The translations under genes were made by a program, and so were the position numbers. DNA of 63,798 nucleotides, filler included, from Octopus bimaculoides (Eukaryota): NCBI RefSeq assembly GCF_001194135.2. It is 5 parts of 5 records of this genome, joined end to end, with 100 filler letters (N's around TTAATTAATTAA, not from the genome) between each part and the next. Parts side by side here need not be neighbours in the genome. Positions count along the whole stretch, not along the records: positions 1 to 31,524 come from NC_068982.1; 4 more parts are not named here. One strand, written 5' to 3'. Numbering within the stretch: position 1 is the first letter of the stretch; each line of letters opens with the position of its first letter. Positions 13,001-26,000 of the stretch are shown here, one piece after another. The notes under the pieces were generated by a model. The model ran no database searches and was not told where the DNA came from. It saw only the letters and a list, made by a program, of their open reading frames with translations.

Positions 13001-16000
13001 TTCTAGCCTGGGCAAAGTTCAGAGAGCTCCTACCCCTGCTGGCAACTAAGACCCTCTCGCTCAGGATGAAAGGTAGACTGTATGATGCATGTGAGTGAAC
13101 TGCCACGCTACACAGCAGTGAAACACGGGCCATGACTGCTGAGGGCATGCGCAGGCTTGAAAGAAATGAAGCTAGTATGATCCGCTGGATGTATAATGTC
13201 AGTGTGCATACACGACAGAGTGTAAGCACCCCGAGAGAAAAGTTGAGCATAAGAAGCATCAAATGTGGTGTGCAATAGAGACGACTGTGCTGATATGGTC
13301 ATGTGTTACGTATGGATGAGGACAGCTGTGTGATAAATTAAATGAAAAGCAAACCATTTAGCTAAACTCTTCATATACTTTGTATATATTTATATAAATA
13401 AAAGAAAAAACTATTTTTAACCTCTACATAAAAATGTCTTTACTTACATTTCTTTTATCAGAATCAACAGAAGAGACAAGGCCATCAAGCTCATTCTGTG
13501 ACTTCTTCCATTTCTTCTCAAGCTCTTCATATTTATCACGTTCTTCTTCAAGTTCTTTTACAAGATTCATAATCTTCGTGGACTTCTCATTAATTTCTCG
13601 TTGTGCCTTTTCATTTTCAGCACTCAATCTGCAAATATATATATATATGTTGATATGAACGAAAAAAAAAACATTTTGTTCTAATGTTCGTGTGATGCAA
13701 ACGTTCCGTGCGTTCAAAAAGAGGAAAAAAAAGTCCTTTTCAAAAGAAATCGTATAGTCTGTGCCATGAGAAAAAAGAAAATAGCCTTTAAAATAGCGGA
13801 TGGGGAAAACAGGAGAGAACACTTGAAATGAGGAGAGTGCTGATCTGATATCAGAAGAGGTTGGATTCATCAATAGTGAATGAATATTGAGCATCGGCTG
13901 GATTGTTACTGGTGATTATTTGTGTATATTCTATTCACTTTATGTCCTTTTCTGGAAATATTATAGTGTGGACATTCAAAACAAGCCAGCAATATTAATA
14001 ATTATCATTTCCGTGTGGAATAACATTTGTATCGTATATTGCATATTTTGTACCTTATTAAGTGTTATTGTAGTAAATTTCCAAGTAGCATTTTAACTTT
14101 AATCTGTGCGTTCGTTTTTCTTTAAATCTTGAACGTAACAATATCAATAAGCTTGTGGTTCAACAAAACAAAAAGGCTTCTAAAATAATCTAAGTAACAT
14201 ATCAATTAGAGATACAGTAAAAACAAGGAGGAAGTATCTACACTAAGTAAATGTAACTTCAAAAGAAAATGAACAGGAATAACATACCGTTCTGAAACTG
14301 CTTTCTCCTCTGCCATTTTCTGGTCAAATTTGGCTTGTTTCCTAGTGAGTTCGTTAACTTGAGCGATTTGTTGGTCCAACTCAACTCGGAAATCCTCATT
14401 CTAAAAATGTGAAGAGAAAACATTTCCTATTAAAAGTCAGTTTGGTTCTTAATATCGACCATATGTATATTGTGACTAATAAATGATAATCAGTGGTAGG
14501 GGACCTGGAGGTGCATAAGTGGTAGCTAGAAGAAGGGAAGGGGTAAAGTTAGCTGGTAAGAGAGAGCATCCATGTATGCTGGATAGTCAAGATAGCAATT
14601 AGATGGGAATGATGGATGTTGATGAGGATGTGATGGCAGGTAATATAGGGGGCATATGTAATGAGAGAGAGGTGGGGAGGCAACTGATGGGGGTCATTAA
14701 AATGGCCAGGAGTAAGAGAATGCAAAGGTAGAGACTATGAAGAGGGTGCTATAGAGAGAAGGTAACAAGAAGAATAGGAAATGGAGGGTCAGTAAGGACA
14801 AAATGCCTAGCTGTAGACATGCATTATCCTCATTACTATCTCTGTTTTAATATACATTTTGCTATGCTTACATGAGTGAACACAGTAAAATAATTATCAG
14901 TATATAACTCGTATATATTTTCAGCTCTGGCCCCTTCTCTCATAGTTTAATCCTTCTTCTCCTAACATAAAGCACTCTACTCCTCAGGAGTGATAGCCTT
15001 GCAAGCTGCATGGGATCTTACTAGTGCTGGTGTCCCAAAACAGAAAAAAGCACCCAGTACATGTTGTAAGTGGTTAGGAAGAACATCTAGCCATAGACAC
15101 CATGGCTAAATAGACACTGGAGCACAATGCAGCCTTTGGACCCAATGGATCCTGTCAAACTGTCGAAGCTATGACAGCCTATAACATGGACATTAAATGA
15201 TGAACGAGATGAAAGAGCTGATTCTGGAGGTAGATTAAATTCTATCAACATAGATAGAATGAAAGCATTTTTATGATCCATGGCACTTCAGTTTTACTAT
15301 TGGACATCAAATATCAGAACTTTATGAGGAATCAAGGATAGTTTTCTTTTTTTTTTTTTTTTTTTTGTAGAGTGTCATAAAGGGCTGTGAGATTTTAGTA
15401 TTCAAGAGTGCAAACCTTGTTACAAACATTTAAAGCTATAGTAGAAGACACTTGCCCAAGGTGCCATGCAGTGGGACTGAACCCGGAACCATGTGGTTGG
15501 TAAACAAGCTCCTTACCACAGGCTCAATTCCTACTTTATGCTGAAGTTATTAGATGGTTAGGAAAGCACACACTACAGTAAATTATCCAAATTACATAAA
15601 AAATTTCCATTTCATATTATAAAACAATTTCTTGGAAATTTCTGGGAGAAAAACTTTAAATGTTTAATTATTGTCAGTGTTCAGTTAAAAGGATAAAAGA
15701 GATGGGGAAACAGTAGAATGTTAAAGTATTCACTTTCATACCTTAGATTCGAGTTAAAAACCTACAAGTGTTAACATTATATTTTTTTCCCTCTGGGATA
15801 AATAATATCCAGTATTAATATACAGGATTCAGTTTAATCTAATAAACTTATCCTGTAAGAATTTAGCACAGTCCTATGAACTGGACTTATAAAGTTACAA
15901 ACAGTATGATAAAACTATTACAAACCTCTTCAGACAACTTTTTCTTTGCTTTTTCTAGCCGTGAAATTTGTTCCTGAAGATCAGCAATTTGTTGTCGTAA

Positions 16001-19000
16001 TTGTTCTATGAGTCTTAGAGCCTTTTTTAGTTCTTCTTCAGCAGAATCCCGATTACTCTCAGCTTCCTCAGTTTTTTTCTTCAGTTCTACCATCTAAAAA
16101 AAAAAAAAATTTAACATTATCATGCATAAATCTACTATAATAAAACAAAGAAGTATTGATAGTTTTGGCCAGACAACCTAATCTTTTTGAATAAAATAAC
16201 CCACTTAGAACAAACCACTTCATATCATTGCGTGTGTATATAACAAAAATTTAAATAAGAGCTTTGACGCTGATATCCATATATATTAAATTTTGAATAT
16301 GGATCAGCCTTAGAGATTATAAATTTTTTTTGGTACTAACCTTTTTACCCTGAGGATGTGTAAGGAAATTTACTTATTTAACTTGAATTAAGAGTTGAAT
16401 TTGACCTTATACAGAAATGTTTACATAGGTAATAAACTTTAATATATATGGATATCAGCATCAAAGCTGTTATTTAAATTTTTGATTATAACCAAGGAGA
16501 TCGATTCACAAGGAGTTTACTATAGACCTTTGTGGACGAATTTTTGCTATTTTGATAACGATTACATGTTGTATCTTACCAATACATTTGGTAGATATCA
16601 TTATATGAACATATATATATATAAATGAATATTAACAAAATAAAGATGTGTCAAACACGGACTAGGCACTATAAATTGCAAAATTTCATAATACTGTACT
16701 CCTGAGACATGGTAACAACATACCGTAGCTTGGTTCTTCTCAAGTTGTTTTTGAAGTAAGTTCTTGTTTTCTTCCTCCTCTTCTAATTTATCTTTAATTG
16801 AATCTCTCTCATCAGTAATAGTACGCAATTCCATTAAAGCTTGCATTTTGAGACGGTTTTCTTCATCAAGACCTTCCTGTGAAAGAAATATTGAATATTC
16901 TTAATTGTCATGAAAGAGAAAGTATGTTTACAGTGGCAAAGCATAGACTGATATAATTAATAGCTACAGATTAAAAAAGAATTTACTAGACATACTTGTA
17001 GTGACTAACTGTAACTCCCTAAATACTAACAGAGATGTGTCCTTCTGTAGAGTGGATTGTTATTGAAACAAATGTCTTCATTTGGATCTAATTAAAATAA
17101 CCCTGACCAATATACATAAAATTACAATATATCAATATTTTTAATTCTATCAAGCAAACAAGTTATAACCAAACCACAAATTAAAACAGATTTTGATAAA
17201 ATTTATAGTTGAAATTTTCAATGAAAACTATTCTCCATATTTATGAGGACGGATTCAGCGACAATTATGATAAAGGAAAAAGGTTTGAAATTAGAGCATG
17301 CTAGTTAATAATATTAGTAAACTCCCTCCTATCCAGCACCACTGGGACTAGAGAGCTGCTGGATAGCTGACTTTCAAGATATCTGATCTTCAATTTTTAA
17401 ATTAGAAGCACCTTACAAAACTAAGCAAAACTTTACATATGCTACATCAGTATTATTACTAATAATTTAAATAAAGTAGAAATTAAGGAAATAGGAAGAA
17501 ATAAAGGTATAATTTAAGTACAGAAACATTTTTTTTTAATGACAAATATTTAACACAATTTAGCACAAATTCTCTTGGCTCTAATTAACAATATATTTTC
17601 TTTTATTTATTTTCTAGGCACTGGTTGCTTTAGAACTGGTTATTTGAGTACAAGATAAGAGGAAGTTTACTAGGAAGTAGCTGCTATTTGTCAATCAACA
17701 CTTCTACTCAATATCTCAATCACCTATTCTACCAGTAGTATTGTCGAAAAAAAAAAAAACTAATTAAAAAGTGATAAATACATATAATATATAGAGAAAA
17801 CTGAAAAGTGAACCTTCTAAACTACAAATATTACTTACTATAGTTTCAATGTTTTTCGAATTTAAGAACCAGAACATTAAAAACAATACTTTTCAATATC
17901 AAAATCATTACCTTGGTAGTAGAAAGATCAGCCTGAAGATTGCTGACTTTACGATTCAGTTCCAGCATTGAACCATCACATTCTTCAAGTGAAGTCATTG
18001 CTTGTTCATATTCAGTCTGTACAAATAAAATTGAATTAGTAATTATTTACTAGAATGAAGACAAAATTATATCAAATGAAATATAATACTCATGTCTAAT
18101 GAATGGAGATAACAGTGAACAGTCAGACAGTCCACAGTGTAGAATGTTTGATGTAAAGACAGGCTGCAGTGTAGAAGAGACAGACCGATTAAAGTATGGA
18201 ATGTCTGGACAGAATTCTTAGATATATAACATTTTGTTGTATCTCAAAAAGGTCATTATGACAATAATAAACACACACTGGTTCTATTTCACTTCATCAT
18301 CATCATCGTTTAACATCTGTTTTCCAGGTCAACTATACAAACAATTAACTAATTTATAGTTTAATTAGATCATTCAGATTGATTCACTAAACAATTGATT
18401 AGTTAATTGTTAAATTGTTGACCAACTGATAAATAAATAAAAAGATAGCGAAATAGAACCAGCATGAGTGTATGTATTTATTATTAGCATAATGAAACCT
18501 CCCAAGACACAACAAAATGTTTCAACACATTTCAAGAATCTTGCGAATCAAATATAAAAATGAAATAAGTAGCAACTGTTTTGATTGAATGTCTTTTTCC
18601 AGATCATATCCATCTAATCATTGCTCAGTCATTTGTAGTATTAAGATGGTATATTTTTATCATATGCTCTTTTTATTTCACCTTACAATATATCAATTCC
18701 TTGTCATTCCCACTATCTTTATTTCCTTATTACTTAATATTTTTTCATTTCTAGTACAGACAAGATGCATTTTACTGTTATTGTTCTGTTCACACAATTC
18801 TTTTTACATATAAAGGACCATTATACTACTAAGGCAGAGACTGGCTGAGTTATTAGAGCATTGGATGAAATGCATCATGCTATTTATTCTGCGTCTTGCA
18901 TTATAAGTCCTAATCCTGCCAAGGACTACTTTGCTTTTTATCTTTGTGAGGTCAATAAATAAACTACCAATCTAGGGTAGTGGACAGTTGGTAACATGAG

Positions 19001-22000
19001 AGCATCAGACCGGAAGCTTTGCATGATTAGCTCTAACTCACAATACTACCACTTAGTATCATGAGTATCCTTAATAGATCCCACCCAGTTGTAAGTATTC
19101 AGGCAAGGCTTCCAAGTTCAAGGATACTTCCCTCAGTCTCAGAGTTATTCCCCCACCCCCAACATACAATAAAAAACAACTTTCAACTGTAAAGCAAGAG
19201 CGACATCAAGAGCTAGACTCCTATGCTTTGTCCTTGATCAGAGGTAAACAAATAAACAGACAGACCAGAACCATAGTTATTGTAACCCATGCTGTGTAAA
19301 GAATAACATTTACCTGCATCTTTGACAACTTATCAGTTAAATCAGTTTTGGAACGCTCAACATCTACTAGTTTCATGCTTTGTTCTTGAAGCTGAGATTC
19401 AATTTGCTTTCGTTTCCTCTCAGACTCTTGCTTTGCTTGTTGCATTTGTTTTAAGTCATTAGCAAGATCAGCATTTTCAGCCTGCAAGGATTCTTTCATT
19501 TTATCCAAACTGGCTTTGGTCTGAAAAAATAGAATATATTATTAGTAATATAAACAAAGATTTTATTATTTTTTTGTTACAACACTTTACAAAGTATAAT
19601 TTAATGATATAAAGACTGTCAGTAATACCTAAATTATCTTAATTTTAGATTAAGTATTTGCTCTATCATTTAACTTCCATTCTATTCCAAGTGTTGGTTG
19701 TTATTTAAATCCTAGGCTCTTCTTTCCCCCTCCCCATCATATTTACTATTTCATTCAGTGGTATCCAGAATAACTACATTCATTTATTGACTGATTTAAA
19801 ACTTGACCATTGGAAGCCAAGGTATCTTTCACACTTAAAGTTCTCTTCCATTAGAAACTGAAGGTTGCATGAAAGTTCCACTACAAGCTATGTGACCATA
19901 TATGACACAATGTGGACTCACATTAGCCAAATATGATAGAATTGGAGTAAAAAAAAAATTAATGAATTTTCTGATGTGTTCAATAGGTCTATAAATGTAA
20001 TATTTCATGCTCTTTTCCGATGGTTGTCCCTTGCCATGGTGGAAGAGCTTGTGTGCCCTAATGATTCCGAGAGCGATGGTGTCTGGAGTCCTAGACTACT
20101 GGTAGGGCCACCCATGGTAGCAAGGTCGAGGATGAAGTTCCAGACTAAACACGACCAAACACAAACATCTAGATCTCAACGGCAAAGCAAGCAGAGGAGG
20201 GCAATCTCAAGCCCCCATGGAGTGACTCCGGCAGAAGAGAACAACACTTGGTGGGTAGGCATGACAAAGGCAGATAGACCCTGGTAGCTCGCTGCAACCA
20301 GCCTCAATGAGACTGCACATCTCAATTCTTGAGCCGCAGTGGAGAAGTTCCTGGCCAAGTGTGTGCGCGTGGCCATTGTGCAGCCACAATCACCTCAAAC
20401 AATTTACTCAGCAACTGGCTTCATCTTTCTACTCATTGAGTCTAAAAAAACCCAAAAAAAACCCCAATGCTGATGGTATCACGGGCGCCGGAGGCAGGTC
20501 TGGAAAGCTGGAAGCCTCTAGCTCGTGACCACATATTGGCAGCGAATCAGCAGAATGCCAGTGAGGAATTAGAGAAGCACAGAACAATCCACCTATGAAC
20601 ATTAGCATCAACACCCAACCCCTAGAAGTTGAACACTTCTCATACCTTGGGAGTATTCTTTTGAAGACCACATGTGAAAAGGGCTCGGAGAAACAGATCA
20701 GGGCAGCCCACTCTGCTTCGGTAGACTCAGCCAATGCATATTCTTCAATCATGCACTGACCATCCGGACAAAGATCATGGTCTTCCGTGCTATTGTCCTG
20801 TCAACTCTTCTCTCTCTATGCTTGTAAGACTTGGACACTGTACTGCCGTGACTTCAAGCACCTTGAATGCTTCCAGCAATCCAAGCTATGACAGATCCTC
20901 AATATTCTATGGGAAGATCATATTACCAACAATGAGGTTCTTTGCAGTGCCTCATTACCAAGCGTCAAAGCCACCATTCTTCACCATCATCTCTGCTGGA
21001 CAGGTCATGTCTAGCGTATGGAGCCCTCTTGTCTCCAAGGATCATGCTCTGCGGAGAATTTGCAATTGGAACAAGACCCAGAGAGGGTCTGAAATTCTGT
21101 TTTAAAGACCAGCTCAAATGGACCCTGGCTCAAACTACCATCCAGCTATCCTCATGGAAACAGATTGTCATGGATAGGACAGCCTGGAGGACTGCTATCC
21201 ACAATGAAGCCAGCTCCTTCAAGCAGAACAGACAACAGAATGAGGAGGTAAAATGCAGGAGAAGAAAGGAGTGTTTTTCAACATCCTCGACCCGCACTGA
21301 CCATCCTGTGCAAATTCTGCCCACAACTCTTTCACCACCAGCTTGGACTCCAAAGTCACATTTGGCACAAATATCTGCAGAGGAGACTGGATGGAAACTG
21401 ATGAACCCAATGCTCAGATATGAGCTGGAGCTGGAGCTAGCAACAATTTCCTGCTATATTGTGATGCCACTTTTTTTTGGTGAATTTGGTATTAATTTTT
21501 TTTTTTACTACCAAGTTAATCAGATTGAATTTTTCAATACCTTCAGATATTTGCAAAAATCATTAAAGAAAATGGTTTTAAGAGAGATATCTTTCAACCA
21601 TAAAAAGAGCAAAACTCCTTTTCTGGCATTTTTTTACTTTGGTCTCTCTACATCAATAAAGATTACATCCAGTAACATTTATTTAGTTAGTAAACCTTAC
21701 TTTCTGCCTAACATGGAATATGCATTCAAATTAGTTAAAAGTAAGTGAAAAGTTTCAGTGTAATCTTTTTCGTGTTTAAAAAACTGAATAATGACCAAAG
21801 ATTGATTTCTCTTTGCACTTAATTGGTAAAGTATTGGGTAGCAAGCAAGCCATTCTACTAACTACTACTGTGCTATATTTCTATTGTTATAAGTTTACTT
21901 ACTGATAAACACTTCAAAATAGAAATAGTTTTAGAGTAGTAGGTTCAAGTGAATTTCAGTGATAATCGTACATGAGTAAACAGACACTGATTTAAAGGAT

Positions 22001-22931
22001 AATACACTTAACATGGATATATAGTGCTGGTTTTGTTAATGCAATGAGTGTCAATAATAGTGTAGCAGTAATGTTTATGATGATTCAAATAAGTTCTAAT
22101 AAGGGGATTTTCTCAATACAGAAAGTAAGCAGAAAGATTGCTGTATTAGAATTATGCCAAGAGCATCAAACAATAATTTGTTTGCTAGATATTTGAGATG
22201 GACAACAAAAACAAGAGATTACTAACACAGACTAATATCAATAGAAATACTATCAGCTGAGATATGCTATACAAAAAAAAAACAGGACAAAGTAACATTA
22301 AAAAAATACACACTGACAACTAAAACACTGGATCGAAAATGAGAGATAATGGGTATTATAATAAAATTATTACAAAATGATCAAACTTCTAAACATTTTC
22401 TATTAAAGTGTGTACTATCAAAGTGAGGCAGGCTTCACAACATTAACTACTGACTAATAATGATTTTTTGTTTCATCACAAAATTCTTTTTTTTATTAAC
22501 TTTTTGATGCTCTCTCCATTAATACAAATTTCACAAGAGTTTCATTTTTGAAGAAAGCTGAAGGGAACTATGACAATAACTTGCTTACTTTCTTTACTGT
22601 ATCAAGCTCTTCGTTGACAGTCTCTAGCTGTTTGGTGTACTTTTGACGTAAGTCATGCATCTGCTGGTCAGATCCCTTCTGGATATCTTCTATGCTCTTT
22701 TTTAAATTGTCAACTTCCAATTCACGTTTGCTTCGAAGTTCTTGTACAGCAGCTGTGGTATCAAGAGAATCTTCCAGTTCAGACTTCAAGGCTTCTAGTT
22801 CCTGAAAAACAGAGTAGTGAAGAAAATATTCATAAATAGAACCTGCATAGTTTGAAGAAAAAAAAAGTTTACAAAAATTGAAGGTACAGCTAAATCTATA
22901 TTATATTTTAGAGATTTGATACGTACCAAAT

Positions 22932-23014
<83 letters not shown>

Positions 23015-26000
23015 GCCAAGTGATAATTTCAAAATTAATAGATTCCAAAATAGTTATCTCAAAGGAGTTTAGAGCTACAGCTCTCTCCAACTAGAGAATG
23101 ATAAATAACTTATTTCCTGAAAGTATTATGCTGGGTAGTATTTAATTAAGAAATCATGCAATAATTGTTACATAAGAAAACGTTTAAAATTGAATTACTT
23201 CATTGAGGTCTCGTTTTTGTTTTTCAGCTTTCATTCGAGATTGTTTTTCACTGTCCAAATCTTCTGTGAGTTCTTGAATCTGACTTTGTAAGTCTCGTTG
23301 TTGTTTTGTGAGCATAGCTCGTGAAACACTCTCATCTTCTGATCTGTTAAAAGGGAAATAAATAGACAAAAATCAATAAGATTCATCTATCGGTTATGAT
23401 ATGCGAAACTTCAGCTGAATTGAAAAATCAAAAACATATTTTTTCTTTTCATGTGCTTGTGTACATGCAACCATTTGTTTCAGTGATTGGACTACAACCA
23501 TGCTGCTGTACTCCCTTTAAGACTTTTAAGCCAAATAGATAATTACATGGAAAAATGGGAGCATGAAAAGTCATATTCTTAAGATTATAAACCTGGAAAG
23601 TACAGGACAAGTTATTACACCTGTAAAAGTATAGGACAAGGTGTTATTCTAGTAAAGAATAGGAAACTTTATACTTAAAATATTGTAGCAAAGAATGCCA
23701 GTTCTTCTAATTTATCACTCTTTACATTTATCTTTTAAATTTATTGTACAAAACTGTTCAGCTAATTTGTAAGTTTGTCTAATTAGTCACTTTTTTCTGT
23801 ATTTAAGGTTGCAAATTAGCCAAAATCTACTTAAATAAGTATAGTGTTATTTGTAAACTATAATAAAGTAAGTTTTAATATAAGTCCATACAGAGTGCGG
23901 CTTTTAAGCTACCTCCATTTATTTTTTAATAATGTGATACCATATCACTTTACATGTCTTTTTTGTGATAAAACATTAAGAAAAAAAAAAAAATCACTGT
24001 GACATATAGATTCCTTTTCAGTGCAATTTTGCCTGAAATATACCCTCATAAGGTTTGAATAAGTCATCTGAAACTGTAACAGCTGGTGCAGAGGCAATCT
24101 AAGATAGGCACTGAGTATATCATCTCTCAACACTTGGAATAAAATTTTTAAAAATCTCTATCTATGTGTTTGAGCAGCATCTGTTTGTATTTGTCTAAAA
24201 ACCAATGTTTCTATCATGACAAATTAATAAAATAAGTACCATCTGCAATAATAACTAGGATTAATATGACTGACTAAACCTCTGAAAGTAGGGCACCAGC
24301 ATGGCCACAATGATACCAGTAAATCAATGGAAAAACTAGTGTATGACAGCAAGTTGGCATGAAAAAATATTTTCATTGCCTGTAAAAATTGTTTTTAAAA
24401 ACAATAAAAAGATATTTATCACATATATTGTACAAAATCTACTTTTTAGACTTAATTTGGTAATATTAGCAGAAAAAGGAACTGTGAAGAGAAACGTCAA
24501 AATTATTGCTCTTCATGAAAACACCTTTAAGATGCGTTAGCAGATTGCAAACTACATAGAAATGAACCAAAGCAGTGTTACAAAAATTATTAACCAATAA
24601 AAGATACATTGAAACTGCAAACATTCGATATGAAAATTGTTGTCACAACCAGGCATTTGATGAATGTGGCCTTCATATGAGTTAAATTTCAATCAAAAGC
24701 CTTCAACATACTTCATTTGATGTTAAAAACCATCCTGGACCAAAAGGTGATGTCTTTTTACACATAGCATAGCAGGCAATGTATGAAGCAAGCATTCAGG
24801 CCATTAAAGCCACCAAAATGTCCACTTCTTACTAAAAAAATATATAGCCAAACAATATAAATGGGAACTTAAAACACCAGAACAGGATTGTGGAACAATA
24901 GAAAGCAGTCATTTTTAGTGATAAGACAATGATGATTGTATAAATTCTGTGCAATTAGTAGATGTTTATTCACTAACACCAGACAATTTCTTAAAAACAG
25001 CATATCATTTGGTGCAAGTAATGATCTGGGCATGTTTTTACTATGGGGATACTACACGTAATCATATTGTTGAAGGAAAGCTTGAGAGTGAACATTACAT
25101 CATTGAACGTTGTGTTGTGCCGCAATTAAATGACTGGTTTCCAAATTGTGGTGGCATTTTTCAGCAAGATGCACCAGTTCATGTTAGCAAGCATTCAATA
25201 GATTCCTTTCATCAATAGTGTAACACTACTTGATTGGCCTCCATTTTCACCAGATTTAAATCAAATCCAACCTCTGAAGCATATGCAAAAAGTACATAAA
25301 ATTACTATGATCTTGAATGAAACCAAAAAAAAATCATTCAATCTTATTTAAAGTGTGGGACAGAGATGGTGAAATCAAGGAAATATGCCAAAATCTAGAA
25401 TCGATACTTGAAGAGTAACCGCTGTTCATTCTAAAGGTGGTCCAATAAAATATTGAACATAACTTGCATTATTTTATTTCTCTTAAATCTCACAAGTCAA
25501 TTTGAAAGTTATACTTATGTTATTAATTTAATATTGATAAAAATGAAGAGTATATGTATTTTTGACATCGTGCAAATTTGCTGTCAAGCACTGTAATAGA
25601 ATATTGAGTTTGTTAATTGATCCTACTTTTGCAGTGCTAACTGAAGTTCTTCTTCTCTTCGAGAGAGTTGTGACTGAACTTCCTCCACTTGAGAACGTTT
25701 TTCATTCAGTTGTTCACGATGATCGGCTAAATCAGCTTCTAGCTTACGTTTCAGTTTCTCCAGTTCTTGCCGACACTGAAAATAAAGGTGAATTTATTTT
25801 AGTAAATATGCTGACAGAGAATGAAGGTGATGGAGGGTCACATTGCCAAGGATTATTTAACTTTTGATAATGTATACTGTTCATTTGATTAAAAAATCAA
25901 AAAAGGGTGCTTTAAAATAAACAAGTATGACTAAACTAAATCAGTTTAGTTAAGCTTGATTTGTGAATGCTTACACATGCATTAGGTTTTAATGATTTTC

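Noticed and set aside
20942-21748. 268-aa ORF as a host gene
   Set aside because: The N-terminal part is RTE ORF C-terminus; the rest is read-through into intron sequence.
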